A stretch of 64,000 nucleotides of DNA from Candidatus Micrarchaeota archaeon. GTDB taxonomy: Archaea > Iainarchaeota > Iainarchaeia > Iainarchaeales > JAGVWC01. The first letter of the stretch is position 1, and the number at the start of each line of letters is the position of its first letter. The stretch spans positions 1-64,000 of the forward strand of contig JAZDJR010000018.1 in assembly GCA_043803815.1 (NCBI GenBank). The letters are read 5' to 3'. The position numbers were made by a program, and so were the translations under genes. The notes under the pieces were generated by a model. That model made no database searches. It saw only the letters and a program-made list of their open reading frames with translations, and had not been told where the DNA came from. Of the stretch, positions 44,881 to 53,933 are shown one piece after another.

Positions 44881-45504
44881 ATGTACGCGTTGTTCAAAGT
44901 TCGGGATATGATTCGGGTTCCGCCAAAAGAATTTACCCATGATTTGAAGGCTTCGGTGCTAAAAATCGCGCAGCAGGATTATGAAGGCATTGTCGACGAC
45001 GAGCTCGGAATCGTTGTTGCCGTAACCGATGTGGACAGCGTCGGGGAGGGCAAAGTCGTTCCGGGAGACGGAGCCGCCTATTACGAAACCGTGTTCGACG
45101 CTTTGGTATTCAAGCCCGAAATTCAGGAAGTCGTGCACGGAAACGTTTCGGAAGTAACCGAATTCGGCGCGTTCGTAAAAATCGGCCCCATGGAAGGCCT
45201 TGTGCATGTCAGCCAAATCATGGACGATTACATCAATTACGACGCCAAAAGCGCTTCTTTTGTCGGACGGGAGTCCTCCAAAAAACTCATCGTCGAAGAC
45301 AACATTCTGGCGCGCATCGTGACCTGCAGCCTCAAAAACTCGGTCCAAAATTCCAAAATCGGACTGACCATGCGCCAAATCGGCCTTGGAAAAGAAGACT
45401 GGCTCAAAATCGACCAAAAAAACCGCGAAAAAAAAGAAAAAATGAAAAAAGAAATCGCCGCAAGGCCCGCGGGAAAAGCATCCGCCAAAAAACAGGAATC
45501 GTAA
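44881..45504 (+). CDS. rpoE1: RNA polymerase subunit E' (Rpo7)
   Basis: RVPP, GDGA.Y, EFGAFV.IGP.EGL.H.SQ, LTMRQ.GLG. Confidence 0.98.
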   Translation: MYALFKVRDMIRVPPKEFTHDLKASVLKIAQQDYEGIVDDELGIVVAVTDVDSVGEGKVVPGDGAAYYETVFDALVFKPEIQEVVHGNVSEVTEFGAFVKIGPMEGLVHVSQIMDDYINYDAKSASFVGRESSKKLIVEDNILARIVTCSLKNSVQNSKIGLTMRQIGLGKEDWLKIDQKNREKKEKMKKEIAARPAGKASAKKQES

Positions 45505-45516
45505 GGTGAAACAAAA

Positions 45517-45711
45517 ATGACGCAGGAAAAAGCGTGCCGCCAGTGCCGCAAAATCGTGGAAAACGAGGACAAATGCCCCATCTGCGGCTCCACCCAGTTC
45601 ACCACGTTTTGGCGCGGATTCGTCATGATTATCGACCCTGAAAAAAGCGAAATCGCAAAAAAAATGGGAATCCCCAACAACGGCAAGCACGCCCTGCGCA
45701 TGAGCCGCTGA
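45517..45711 (+). CDS. spt4: Transcription elongation factor Spt4 (RpoE'')
   Basis: ACRQC, CPICG, W.G...I.DPE.SEIA. Confidence 0.97.
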   Translation: MTQEKACRQCRKIVENEDKCPICGSTQFTTFWRGFVMIIDPEKSEIAKKMGIPNNGKHALRMSR

Positions 45712-45735
45712 AAGAAACCGAAAAATTATTGGAAA

Positions 45736-46131
45736 GTGATGAAAATGAAAATCGAAATCAAAAAAGAACATGAAAACAAAACCATCAACCGCCGCGAAAT
45801 CGAACTTTACGTTTCGGAATCCAAAACGACTCCTTCGCGCAAAGAATTGCTGGAAAAAATCGGCGACATGCTCAACCAAAAGCCGGCCAATTTGTCGATT
45901 CAAAAAATCGAACAGCAGTTCGGGACGCAGGCCAACCGCGTATGGGTACACCAGTACCCCGATGCCGCAACCAAACAGCGCTTTGAACTCGCCCCCTTAA
46001 TGGGACGCGACAGCGCGACCAAATTTACTTCCGACCTGCGCAAAAAACACAAGGCCGCACGGCAGGCCATCAAAGACGCGGGAAAACCCAAAACCGACAC
46101 GGCTGAAAAAGCCGCAGCGGAAAAAAAATAG
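45736..46131 (+). CDS. rps24e: 30S ribosomal protein eS24
   Basis: EN....RRE, TPSR, FG; operon position. Confidence 0.92.
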   Translation: MMKMKIEIKKEHENKTINRREIELYVSESKTTPSRKELLEKIGDMLNQKPANLSIQKIEQQFGTQANRVWVHQYPDAATKQRFELAPLMGRDSATKFTSDLRKKHKAARQAIKDAGKPKTDTAEKAAAEKK

Positions 46132-46141
46132 GCGATTAAAA

Positions 46142-46324
46142 ATGGCTGACTTGAAAAAGAAAAGCAACAAGCAAAAAAAAAGCGAATACTACGCCGTTTC
46201 CGGCGACAAGGCCGTTAGGAAAAAACTGGCCTGCCCCAAATGCGGCGCCGGAGTCTTCATGGCCGAACACAAAGACCGCCACAACTGCGGCAACTGCGGA
46301 TTCACCCAGATGAAATCCAAGTAA
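46142..46324 (+). CDS. rps27ae: 30S ribosomal protein eS31 (S27ae)
   Basis: CPKCGAGVFMAEHKDR..CG.CG. Confidence 0.97.
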   Translation: MADLKKKSNKQKKSEYYAVSGDKAVRKKLACPKCGAGVFMAEHKDRHNCGNCGFTQMKSK

Positions 46325-46409
46325 AGCTTTTTTATAAAAAAAGGCCGGAAATCGATTTCTCCTTAAACCCAAAGCAACCGCTTGCGCGACGAGACGGACG
46401 GTTGCTATT

Positions 46410-47396
46410 TTATTTTTTAGCCGCTTTTTGCAGCCGATTCAACAATGCGCGGCCGATTCCTTTTTCGCTTGGATAATCCACCAAAATTTTCGAAAAGCCC
46501 AGTTCGTCCGCTTTTCTAAACCAAAAAAACAGTTCCGTTGCCAGCATTTCGGGTGAGGCAAAGCGCTTCCACACCACTTTTTTCGGAATTTTAGTTCGCG
46601 GCTTTTTTTGCAGGGTTAAAACCAAGAGTTTTCCTTTTGATACCTGAACACGGTCGACCAGTTCCATCGAATGCACCAATTCGACAGTTGCTTTTGGCGC
46701 GTAGTGCCGATATTTCATTCCCGGCGCTTTGGCCACAATCTTTTTTTTATTTGAAGAAAAAACTTGGACGGTTCCGACCGCTTTTTCCAGCTGTTCCAAC
46801 GAAATTTTTCCCGGGCGCAGCAAAACGGGAATTGTTTTGGTGCAGTCGATGATGGTGGATTCAAGGCCAATCGGGGAAGGACCGGAGTCGATTACCCACT
46901 CTACACAATTCAATAAGTCGCGGTCCGCATGAAAGGCCCTTGTGGCCGATGGTTTTCCAGCGGTGTTCGCAGAAGGTGCGGCAATCGGAACCTTGGCAAG
47001 TTCGATTAGTTTTCGGGCTACGGGGTGCAAAGGAAAGCGGATTCCAACCGTGGAAAGCCCCGCGGTAACGATTCGGGGAACAATTTTTTTCTTTTTAAGG
47101 ACAATCGTTAGGGGGCCCGGCCAGAATCGTTTCATTAGAATCCTGGCTTTTTTGGGTATTTTTTTTGCGAGTTGATTGGCCTGTTTTTTGTTCGCAATGT
47201 GTACGATTAGGGGATTGTCCGCGGGCCTTTTTTTGGCCTTGAAAATTTTGCGGACCGCTTTTTCGTCGAATGCGTTTGCGCCAAGGCCGTACACGGTTTC
47301 GGTCGGAAAAACAACGAGTTTTCCTTTTCTAACGGAACGCCCGATTTCGCATAGAACCGCGAGGTTTGGTTTTTTCATCCGCACAATTTTAGTCAT
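46410..47396 (-). CDS. sua5: Threonylcarbamoyl-AMP synthase Sua5
   Basis: FPTETVYGL, KKRPADNPLIVH, APSAN, PGMKYRHYAP. Confidence 0.97.
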   Translation of the reverse strand: MTKIVRMKKPNLAVLCEIGRSVRKGKLVVFPTETVYGLGANAFDEKAVRKIFKAKKRPADNPLIVHIANKKQANQLAKKIPKKARILMKRFWPGPLTIVLKKKKIVPRIVTAGLSTVGIRFPLHPVARKLIELAKVPIAAPSANTAGKPSATRAFHADRDLLNCVEWVIDSGPSPIGLESTIIDCTKTIPVLLRPGKISLEQLEKAVGTVQVFSSNKKKIVAKAPGMKYRHYAPKATVELVHSMELVDRVQVSKGKLLVLTLQKKPRTKIPKKVVWKRFASPEMLATELFFWFRKADELGFSKILVDYPSEKGIGRALLNRLQKAAKK

Positions 47397-47449
47397 AGGA
47401 AAAAGAACCCAAAATAGTAATTTAAGCGCTTTGCTAAATACTGGAGATA

Positions 47450-48211
47450 ATGTCTACTTTGACTTTTTTGGGAACCGGCTCTTCGTACGGAGTCCCATCC
47501 CCCGGCTGCACCTGTTTTGTCTGCCGCAGGGGATTTAAGCCTTTGGCGACATGGTACCGCACGCGCTCCTCGGTTCTGGTGCAAAACAAGGGGTTCAGCA
47601 TTCTGGTGGATTGTTCCCCCGATTTTCGCGAACAGGCTTTGAGAAATAACATCCGCAAAATCGACCTTTGCTTGGTCACGCATTCCCATGCGGATGCCGT
47701 CGGCGGGATTCCCGACCTGCGAGGCTATTCATGCGAGGAAAGAAAAACCATTCCCGTTTTGGCCAATCCGAAAGCGCTGAAAAGCATCCGCAGGATGTTT
47801 TCGTACGCGTTTAATGAAAAAGTAAAAACATCCAAGCCGCAATTGGAACTTAAAAAAATGCCGAAAACGATGCGGCTGGCAGGAATGAGAATAACGCCGT
47901 TTGAAGTCATCCACCCTCCGCTTTTGACGCAGGGGTTTCGATTCAACGACCTGGCGTTCATTTCCGACATCAAACAACTCCCAAAAAAATCGGAAAAGCT
48001 TTTGGCAGGAATCAAAACTTTGATTATCATGGGGAACAGCGACAGGGAATATTACAGCCACCAGACGATTTTCGAATCCGTGAAAATGGCAAAAAGACTG
48101 AAAGCTAAAAGGGTTTTTTTCACGCACATCGGACACCGCATCGAACGCATAAAAGTAAAGCTTCCCAAGGGAATGCAACTGGCGCATGACGGATTAAAAA
48201 TAAAATTCTGA
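47450..48211 (+). CDS. Metallo-beta-lactamase-fold hydrolase (PhnP/YcfH-like)
   Basis: FLGTGSSYGVP..GC.C.VC, R.RSS, THSHADA..G, THIGH. Confidence 0.93.
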   Translation: MSTLTFLGTGSSYGVPSPGCTCFVCRRGFKPLATWYRTRSSVLVQNKGFSILVDCSPDFREQALRNNIRKIDLCLVTHSHADAVGGIPDLRGYSCEERKTIPVLANPKALKSIRRMFSYAFNEKVKTSKPQLELKKMPKTMRLAGMRITPFEVIHPPLLTQGFRFNDLAFISDIKQLPKKSEKLLAGIKTLIIMGNSDREYYSHQTIFESVKMAKRLKAKRVFFTHIGHRIERIKVKLPKGMQLAHDGLKIKF

Positions 48212-48241
48212 ATTAAAAAACAAAAGATTAAATTAATTTTT

Positions 48242-49252
48242 ATGAAAAAAAAACATTTAATTTGTTTAGGCTGCGAGGCGACGGCCCACACCTTTGGAAT
48301 AGGAATTGTCAATCAGGATTGTGAAATCCTGGCAAACGTTAAGGACACGTTTACTACGGAACAAGGCGGTTTGATTCCGCGCGAAGTTGCAGACCATCAC
48401 TTTCAGGTAGCTTTTGTTATCGTGCAAAAAGCCTTGGAAAAAAGCGGGGTTCAGCCAAACCAAATCGACGTTGTTTCTTTTTCTCAAGGACCGGGGCTTG
48501 GACCTTGCCTCAAAGTCGGCGCGCTTGCCGCACGCACCTTGGCGTTAACGTGGAACAAACCTTTGCTTGGCGTCAATCATCCCGTCAGCCACATCGAAAT
48601 CGGAAAAGCTTTGACCGACTGTCAAGACCCGATTGTGGTGTATGCCAGCGGCGCAAACACGCAAATCATCGGCTACCAAAACGGCCGCTACCGCGTATTC
48701 GGCGAAACGCTGGACACGGGAATCGGAAACGTATTGGATAGTTTTGGAAGAAGCATCGGAATCGGCTTTCCCGCCGGCCCGACTTTGGACCAATGGTATT
48801 TTGAAAAACACGACTATTTGGAACTGCCGTATTCGGTCAAGGGAATGGACCTCGTGTTTTCGGGCTTGCTTACGGCGGCCCAGCAAAAAGTGAAAACTTT
48901 TCCGAAAAAAGACGTTTCTTTTTCGCTTTTGCACACCGCGTTTGCGATGCTGACGGAAGTGACGGAACGGGCTTTGGCGCATACCGAAAAAAAAGAGGTT
49001 TTATTGGTGGGCGGAGTCGCGGCTTCCAAAGGGCTTCAAAAAATGATGCTGGAAATGTGCGAAAAAAGAAACGCAAAATTGTTTGTTCCACCCAGCGACG
49101 TTTGCACCGACCAAGGAGCCATGATTGCGTGGCAGGGATTAATCGAGTTTCGGTCGGGAAGAAAGCAAAAACTGGAGGATTCAAGAGTCAATCCGCTGTA
49201 CCGCGCTGATCAAGTTGAAGTGAGCTGGATAAAAAATAAAAAAACCGGCTGA
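48242..49252 (+). CDS. kae1: t6A synthase Kae1 (KEOPS)
   Basis: E.TAHT, GPGLGPCL, HPVSHIE, SGANT, GETLD, VGGVA. Confidence 0.98.
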   Translation: MKKKHLICLGCEATAHTFGIGIVNQDCEILANVKDTFTTEQGGLIPREVADHHFQVAFVIVQKALEKSGVQPNQIDVVSFSQGPGLGPCLKVGALAARTLALTWNKPLLGVNHPVSHIEIGKALTDCQDPIVVYASGANTQIIGYQNGRYRVFGETLDTGIGNVLDSFGRSIGIGFPAGPTLDQWYFEKHDYLELPYSVKGMDLVFSGLLTAAQQKVKTFPKKDVSFSLLHTAFAMLTEVTERALAHTEKKEVLLVGGVAASKGLQKMMLEMCEKRNAKLFVPPSDVCTDQGAMIAWQGLIEFRSGRKQKLEDSRVNPLYRADQVEVSWIKNKKTG

Positions 49253-49270
49253 ATTTATTTTATTTTAATT

Positions 49271-50374
49271 TTAAAGCAATTTCAGCGGGTCTTCGCATTT
49301 TCGCTTGAATGTTTTGGCAACGTCCCGGTTCACGAGTTTTCCGTTCAACGTGGTCAGGCCGTTTCTGAATCCTGCATCTTTTTTGAGCGCTGAAAGCCCG
49401 CTGTTCGCCAGTTTGAGCAGGTAGGGAAAGGTCGCATTTGTCAGCGCAAGCGTCGAGGTTTTGGGAAACGCGCCGGGCATGTTGGCAACGCAATAGTGCG
49501 TTATGCCGAATTTTTGAAAAACCGGGTCTTGGTGGGTGGTTGGTCGCGAGGTTTCAATGCAGCCGCCTTGGTCAATGGCTACATCCACAATCACGGAGCC
49601 GGCTTTCATTTTGGAAACAAGCCTGGCGGAAACCAGTTTCGGCGCTTTTTGGCCGAACACGTAAATCGCGCCGATCAGTAAGTCCGCGGTTGGAACAATT
49701 TTTTCGATGTTTTTCGAAGTCATTTCAAATGCTTTGGAGCCGGGAAATTGTTTTTTCAGTTCCGCGATTTTTTTGGGGTTGTGAACCAAAAAAGTCAATT
49801 GGGACTGCATTCCGTACGCGACTTGGCCAGCGGCAAAACCGACCGTTCCGGAACCCAAAATCACCACGTGGCAGGGGGCAACTCCCGAAACTTTGCTGAC
49901 TAAAATTCCTTTTCCGCCCGCGAACTTGGCAAGGTAATATGCGCCCATCAGGGGAACCATTTTTCCCGCGACTTCGCTCATCGGTTTTAACAAAGGGTGG
50001 TTTTTGGAGTCGCCGACGGTTTCATAGGCAATCGTTGCCAGACCGATTTTGAGCATTGTGTCCAATAATTTTTCGTTGGAGGCAAAATGAAAATACGTGA
50101 ACAAAATCCGGTTTTTTTGAATGAACGGCCATTCGATTGGCAGGGGTTCTTTGACTTTGACAATCAATTCGGATTGTTTCCAAACCGTTTGGGCGTTCGG
50201 CAAAACTTTGGCCCCGCTTTTTTTGTAATCCGAATCCGAAAAACCGCTTCCCATTCCCGCGTTTTTTTCAACCAGTACGGTGTGGCCTGCCAAAACGAGT
50301 TTGGAAGCGCCGCTTGGGGTAAGGCCGACGCGGTTCTCGTTGTTTTTAATTTCTTTTACGCAGCCGACAATCAT
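49271..50374 (-). CDS. ald: Alanine dehydrogenase (bacterial Ald type)
   Basis: KEIKNNENRV, KVKEP, PMSEVAG, DVAIDQGG, YCVANMPG; alternative start 50380. Confidence 0.97.
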   Translation of the reverse strand: MIVGCVKEIKNNENRVGLTPSGASKLVLAGHTVLVEKNAGMGSGFSDSDYKKSGAKVLPNAQTVWKQSELIVKVKEPLPIEWPFIQKNRILFTYFHFASNEKLLDTMLKIGLATIAYETVGDSKNHPLLKPMSEVAGKMVPLMGAYYLAKFAGGKGILVSKVSGVAPCHVVILGSGTVGFAAGQVAYGMQSQLTFLVHNPKKIAELKKQFPGSKAFEMTSKNIEKIVPTADLLIGAIYVFGQKAPKLVSARLVSKMKAGSVIVDVAIDQGGCIETSRPTTHQDPVFQKFGITHYCVANMPGAFPKTSTLALTNATFPYLLKLANSGLSALKKDAGFRNGLTTLNGKLVNRDVAKTFKRKCEDPLKLL

Positions 50375-50481
50375 ACGCATTCCTTTTCTTTGGCCGATTT
50401 GTTTTTTGTCTGCGGGAAATTAAACGCTTACAACAAAAGGAATAGTCAGGTTAAATAAAGTTTCCGATATTTCCCCGGAAA

Positions 50482-51609
50482 TCATTTTTGGCTTAGGATT
50501 CGCACGGTCCCTTGATTAGCGTCCACTTCAATCAGGTTTCCTGTCTTGATGGACTTAGTGACCGATTGGGTTCCGACGACGCAGGGTTTTTTGAGTTCGC
50601 GGCAGACGATAGCGGCATGACAGGTAATGCCCCCTTCGTCGGTTACAACGGCGGCGGCTTTTCGCATCGCGGGAACAAAGTCCGGCGAGGTCATTTCTGC
50701 GACGAGTATTTCTCCCCGATTCACTTCATGAATATTTTTCTTGTATAGGACCAGCCGGGCTTTTCCTTTCACCACGCCCGGATACGCCGCCATTCCCTTC
50801 AGTTCGGTTAAGTGTAAGTCTTTTGGGGTGTCCAAAAAAAGCCCGTTTTTTTCAAGCACCGCTTTCAGTCGCGGCATTGAAAAAAGTTTTCCCCGAAAAA
50901 TTGCGCAACCGGATTTTCTTTTTGCGATGCGCTTGACTTCTTTTTTGGTCAGGTTTCTTTTTTCCAGCAAAAAAACCTCTTCGGGCAGGATAATATCAAC
51001 GAGCGCTTTGTAACACGGGTATTGTTCGCAAAAAAAATTGACAAAAACAAAATCCAATTCCTCGGTCCACCGATGGGTTTTTTGCCGCATCTTTAGCGCT
51101 TCTTCGCGTATTTTTTCCGGCACCTCTTCAAAATCGGGAATCAAAAGACTGCTGTCCATGGGGGGCCACCAATGAAGCCAGTTGTTGTAAAAGTCCTGAA
51201 ACTCTTGCGGATTTTCGATTTTTTTTTGTTTGTTAAGGTAAGGCAGCATCGGGGTCAGGTACTGGTAAAAGCGTTTTTTCACCAGTTCAAAATACGCGGG
51301 ATTGGTGCGAAGCTGGTTTTTCACCCAGCGGTAAATATCATCCAGTTCGGTTTCATTGTTCCAGTTTTCCATTTTTCTTGACTTCACATTTTTGACAATG
51401 ACAAATCGGTTGATGGTATGACCCCACAATTCGGCGATGTGCAAAAAATCGGACTTGTACCAGACAGAGCCGTAAAACAGCGAGTGCTCCCGAACGAAAT
51501 GTTTTGAAAGCGGGCTTAACGTCCACACGGGTTTTTTGCGTTGCTTACTTTTGGAAATTTTTTTGGGCGCGGCAGAAGAATTTTGCATGGTGAATTGCCC
51601 GCTTTTCAT
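50482..51609 (-). CDS. Protein with C-terminal PEP-utilizing phosphohistidine (swivel) domain
   Basis: GEILVAEMTSPD, TDEGGITCHAAIVCRE..KPCVVGT, VDA..G.V; ATGA overlap at 51609. Confidence 0.88.
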   Translation of the reverse strand: MKSGQFTMQNSSAAPKKISKSKQRKKPVWTLSPLSKHFVREHSLFYGSVWYKSDFLHIAELWGHTINRFVIVKNVKSRKMENWNNETELDDIYRWVKNQLRTNPAYFELVKKRFYQYLTPMLPYLNKQKKIENPQEFQDFYNNWLHWWPPMDSSLLIPDFEEVPEKIREEALKMRQKTHRWTEELDFVFVNFFCEQYPCYKALVDIILPEEVFLLEKRNLTKKEVKRIAKRKSGCAIFRGKLFSMPRLKAVLEKNGLFLDTPKDLHLTELKGMAAYPGVVKGKARLVLYKKNIHEVNRGEILVAEMTSPDFVPAMRKAAAVVTDEGGITCHAAIVCRELKKPCVVGTQSVTKSIKTGNLIEVDANQGTVRILSQK

Positions 51610-52145
51610 TTGAAGTTGAAAAATTCGCGGTATTGTTTTCGAAACGGCTTGGAGTAGCGATAAAGGTAGGCGACGATTCCCAATACGCCGAGAAAAAAAA
51701 GCACGTTGAACGGCCACTCAATGACGTTGTAGCTTGCGTCCAGGTAAATGAACGTGGCCAAAACCAAAACCATCGCCAAAAAAAATTCAAGGAACAGGAG
51801 TGCGGGAATGCGCGGCTCTTTTCTGGCCAAGTGAAATTTTTCCTTGGCGGTTTTTTTGATTTGGTGGCGATGTGAAATCAGGTAAATTCCAGTAAAAAGG
51901 CCCGTGAGGAGAGAGGCAATCGCCAGCCAGAACAGATATTGGTTGTACGGAGCGGGAATGATGTTAATCGTGGGACTGACGTAAACAAAAAGCCCGATGG
52001 CAAGCACTATGGCAAGCAGGATTTCAACCAGAATCAGCCATTTTACAGCGGGTTCTTTTTTGGCGCGCTCCAGCTGGTTTTTGGGGGCCGACCAGAAATT
52101 TTGGTGTTCGCGGCGAATCGTATGGTGGATTTTTTTTAAGGGCAT
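51606..52145 (-). CDS. Four-TM membrane protein with internal duplication
   Basis: Two copies of KEP..L..E..LA..L...Y....N(I/V)I..P(Y/F)N..F. Confidence 0.8.
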   Translation of the reverse strand: MPLKKIHHTIRREHQNFWSAPKNQLERAKKEPAVKWLILVEILLAIVLAIGLFVYVSPTINIIPAPYNQYLFWLAIASLLTGLFTGIYLISHRHQIKKTAKEKFHLARKEPRIPALLFLEFFLAMVLVLATFIYLDASYNVIEWPFNVLFFLGVLGIVAYLYRYSKPFRKQYREFFNFK

Positions 52146-52183
52146 TGCTTACAAAACGCGGGAATAGAATAAAAAAATAGCGA

Positions 52184-52714
52184 TTAAGCCAAAACCAGGG
52201 TTAAAACCCCGATTAGCCATAAAACGCGGAAAACGAATACATAATCAAAGACAAGCACGATTCCCAAAAGCAAAATCAGCGGAATGAAAACAAAAGGGGT
52301 TAAAACCAGCCAGGCGAGCCTAACCCAAACGGGGTTTGGGCCTGACAGTTTTTTTCCGAAACTTGCGGCAAACGCGTTAAACGTATTTTCCGCGTCGGGC
52401 TTGGAAGGAAAGCTGAAAATCACTAGGGAAACTCCGGCCCAGGCCGCCAAAACCGCCAAAGCGGGTTCCCTGGGAAGCGCTTGGCTTGCGGCTTTGAGCA
52501 AAAAATACCCAAGAAAATTGTTAATCAAAAGCGGGGCAAGCGAAATCACGAGTCCTGAAATGGCGTGCGGCTTGTCGTGCTGGACAAACGCTTCGGTCGT
52601 GTCGAACCATCTGACCTGGTGCACTTTTACTCCCGTGACCGCGCAAGCAAGAACGTGCGACAATTCGTGCAGCACAACGCCGGGAAAAAACAAAACCGTC
52701 AAAGGAAGTTTCAT
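52184..52714 (-). CDS. Membrane zinc metalloprotease-like protein (M50-like)
   Basis: PGVVLHELSH HExxH, ISLAP, FPS..D. Confidence 0.85.
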   Translation of the reverse strand: MKLPLTVLFFPGVVLHELSHVLACAVTGVKVHQVRWFDTTEAFVQHDKPHAISGLVISLAPLLINNFLGYFLLKAASQALPREPALAVLAAWAGVSLVIFSFPSKPDAENTFNAFAASFGKKLSGPNPVWVRLAWLVLTPFVFIPLILLLGIVLVFDYVFVFRVLWLIGVLTLVLA

Positions 52715-52742
52715 GCTTTTTGCTCATTAAATTTTATTTTTG

Positions 52743-53171
52743 TTATTCCTTGTTTTCCGTGTCAAACTGCCGGTCGATGAGTTTGGCGCGCGCTTTCATT
52801 TTTTCAAAGATGCGGTCGATGTCTTCCTCGATTTCTTCAATCGTGCGCGTCACGCTTTTGGAGCGGCTGACATAAAAACGGCCCTCATGGACGATTAAGC
52901 CGCTGCGAATCAGGTTGTTTAAGTGGTTGATGACCGAACCGCGGCTCATGTTGACGCGCTGCGCAATCGCACTGCTGGTCAATCCTTCGCCTTTTTCGGT
53001 TGCGGAAACGATTTCCTTAAAAACCGCGGAAGCGGTTTTTTCCTTGTCGATTTCCTCGAAAAAACCGAGAGACTGGCAAATCCAATCCAGTTCGTTTTCA
53101 ATGTTTGTTGAAAAAGGAGGTTCGACCCTGCGGATGACCAACCGAAAAGAAGTTCTGCGAATGGGCTCCAT
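52743..53171 (-). CDS. Winged HTH (ArsR-like) transcriptional regulator
   Basis: LTSSAIA..VNMSRGSVINHLNNL..SGLI; C-terminal coiled coil; ATG at 53171. Confidence 0.88.
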   Translation of the reverse strand: MEPIRRTSFRLVIRRVEPPFSTNIENELDWICQSLGFFEEIDKEKTASAVFKEIVSATEKGEGLTSSAIAQRVNMSRGSVINHLNNLIRSGLIVHEGRFYVSRSKSVTRTIEEIEEDIDRIFEKMKARAKLIDRQFDTENKE

Positions 53172-53227
53172 AATCAATACCCTTGAAAATAGGTTTAAAA
53201 AAAGAACGCTTAAAAAATGTTGTAAAA

Positions 53228-53244
53228 GTCTAAATGGTTTAGAC
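53228..53244. promoter_or_regulatory. Perfect palindrome upstream of grpE (candidate operator)
   Basis: GTCTAAA-TGG-TTTAGAC, 14 bp before the grpE ATG. Confidence 0.6.
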
Positions 53245-53258
53245 AGAATGGTTTTGGT

Positions 53259-53849
53259 ATGAGTCTCATCGAAAAGGAACCCGCCAGCACAGTAGTAGAT
53301 GGCGCTCAAAAGGAGACCAAACCCCAAAAAGCCGTTAAAAACGAGGAAAACACTGGTTTAAAACCATTGGAAAGCAACCAAAGTGTTGAAAAAAAGGTGA
53401 CTGAGTTGCAAAAACAGCTGGATGAAATGACCGAACTGGTACAGCGCAATCGGGCGGAGTTTGAAAACTTTCAAAAAAGAATGGACCGCGAAAAGCCGGT
53501 TTTGGTGGCTGGCGGCCAGTTTCAGACATTATTGGCGTTTTTGCCGGTTTTTGAGTCGTTTGAACAGGCCTTGGAAAAAGCGGGGCCTGCTGAAAAAAAA
53601 GTGCTGGAACCCGTGCAAATCCAGTTTGTAAAAACCCTGCAAAAAATGGGGGTTATGGAAATGAAGTGCGTTGGAAAGCCGTTTGACCCGCATCGGCAGG
53701 AATGCCTATTAACCGCATCGGATCCAAAGCAAGCTGAAGGCGTTGTTTTGGAAGAATTGCAGAAGGGCTTTTTTTGGAACGGCCAGGTTTTGCGCCACGC
53801 CAAAGTCAAAATTAATCATTTGGAAAAATCAAGCGCCGAGGCAGTATAA
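53259..53849 (+). CDS. grpE: Nucleotide exchange factor GrpE
   Basis: RAEFENFQKR, G.PFDP, LQKG......LRHAKV. Confidence 0.96.
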   Translation: MSLIEKEPASTVVDGAQKETKPQKAVKNEENTGLKPLESNQSVEKKVTELQKQLDEMTELVQRNRAEFENFQKRMDREKPVLVAGGQFQTLLAFLPVFESFEQALEKAGPAEKKVLEPVQIQFVKTLQKMGVMEMKCVGKPFDPHRQECLLTASDPKQAEGVVLEELQKGFFWNGQVLRHAKVKINHLEKSSAEAV

Positions 53850-53923
53850 TGTTTCCACCCGACAATTTTAATTTGATTCCCGACGAGGTAACGCCCGACC
53901 CGGATGATTTTAAAAGAATATAA
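53849..53923 (+). CDS. Putative 24-aa micro-ORF
   Basis: TAATG overlap with the grpE stop; MFPPDNFNLIPDEVTPDPDDFKRI. Confidence 0.3.
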   Translation: MFPPDNFNLIPDEVTPDPDDFKRI

Positions 53924-53933
53924 AACAAAAGAA

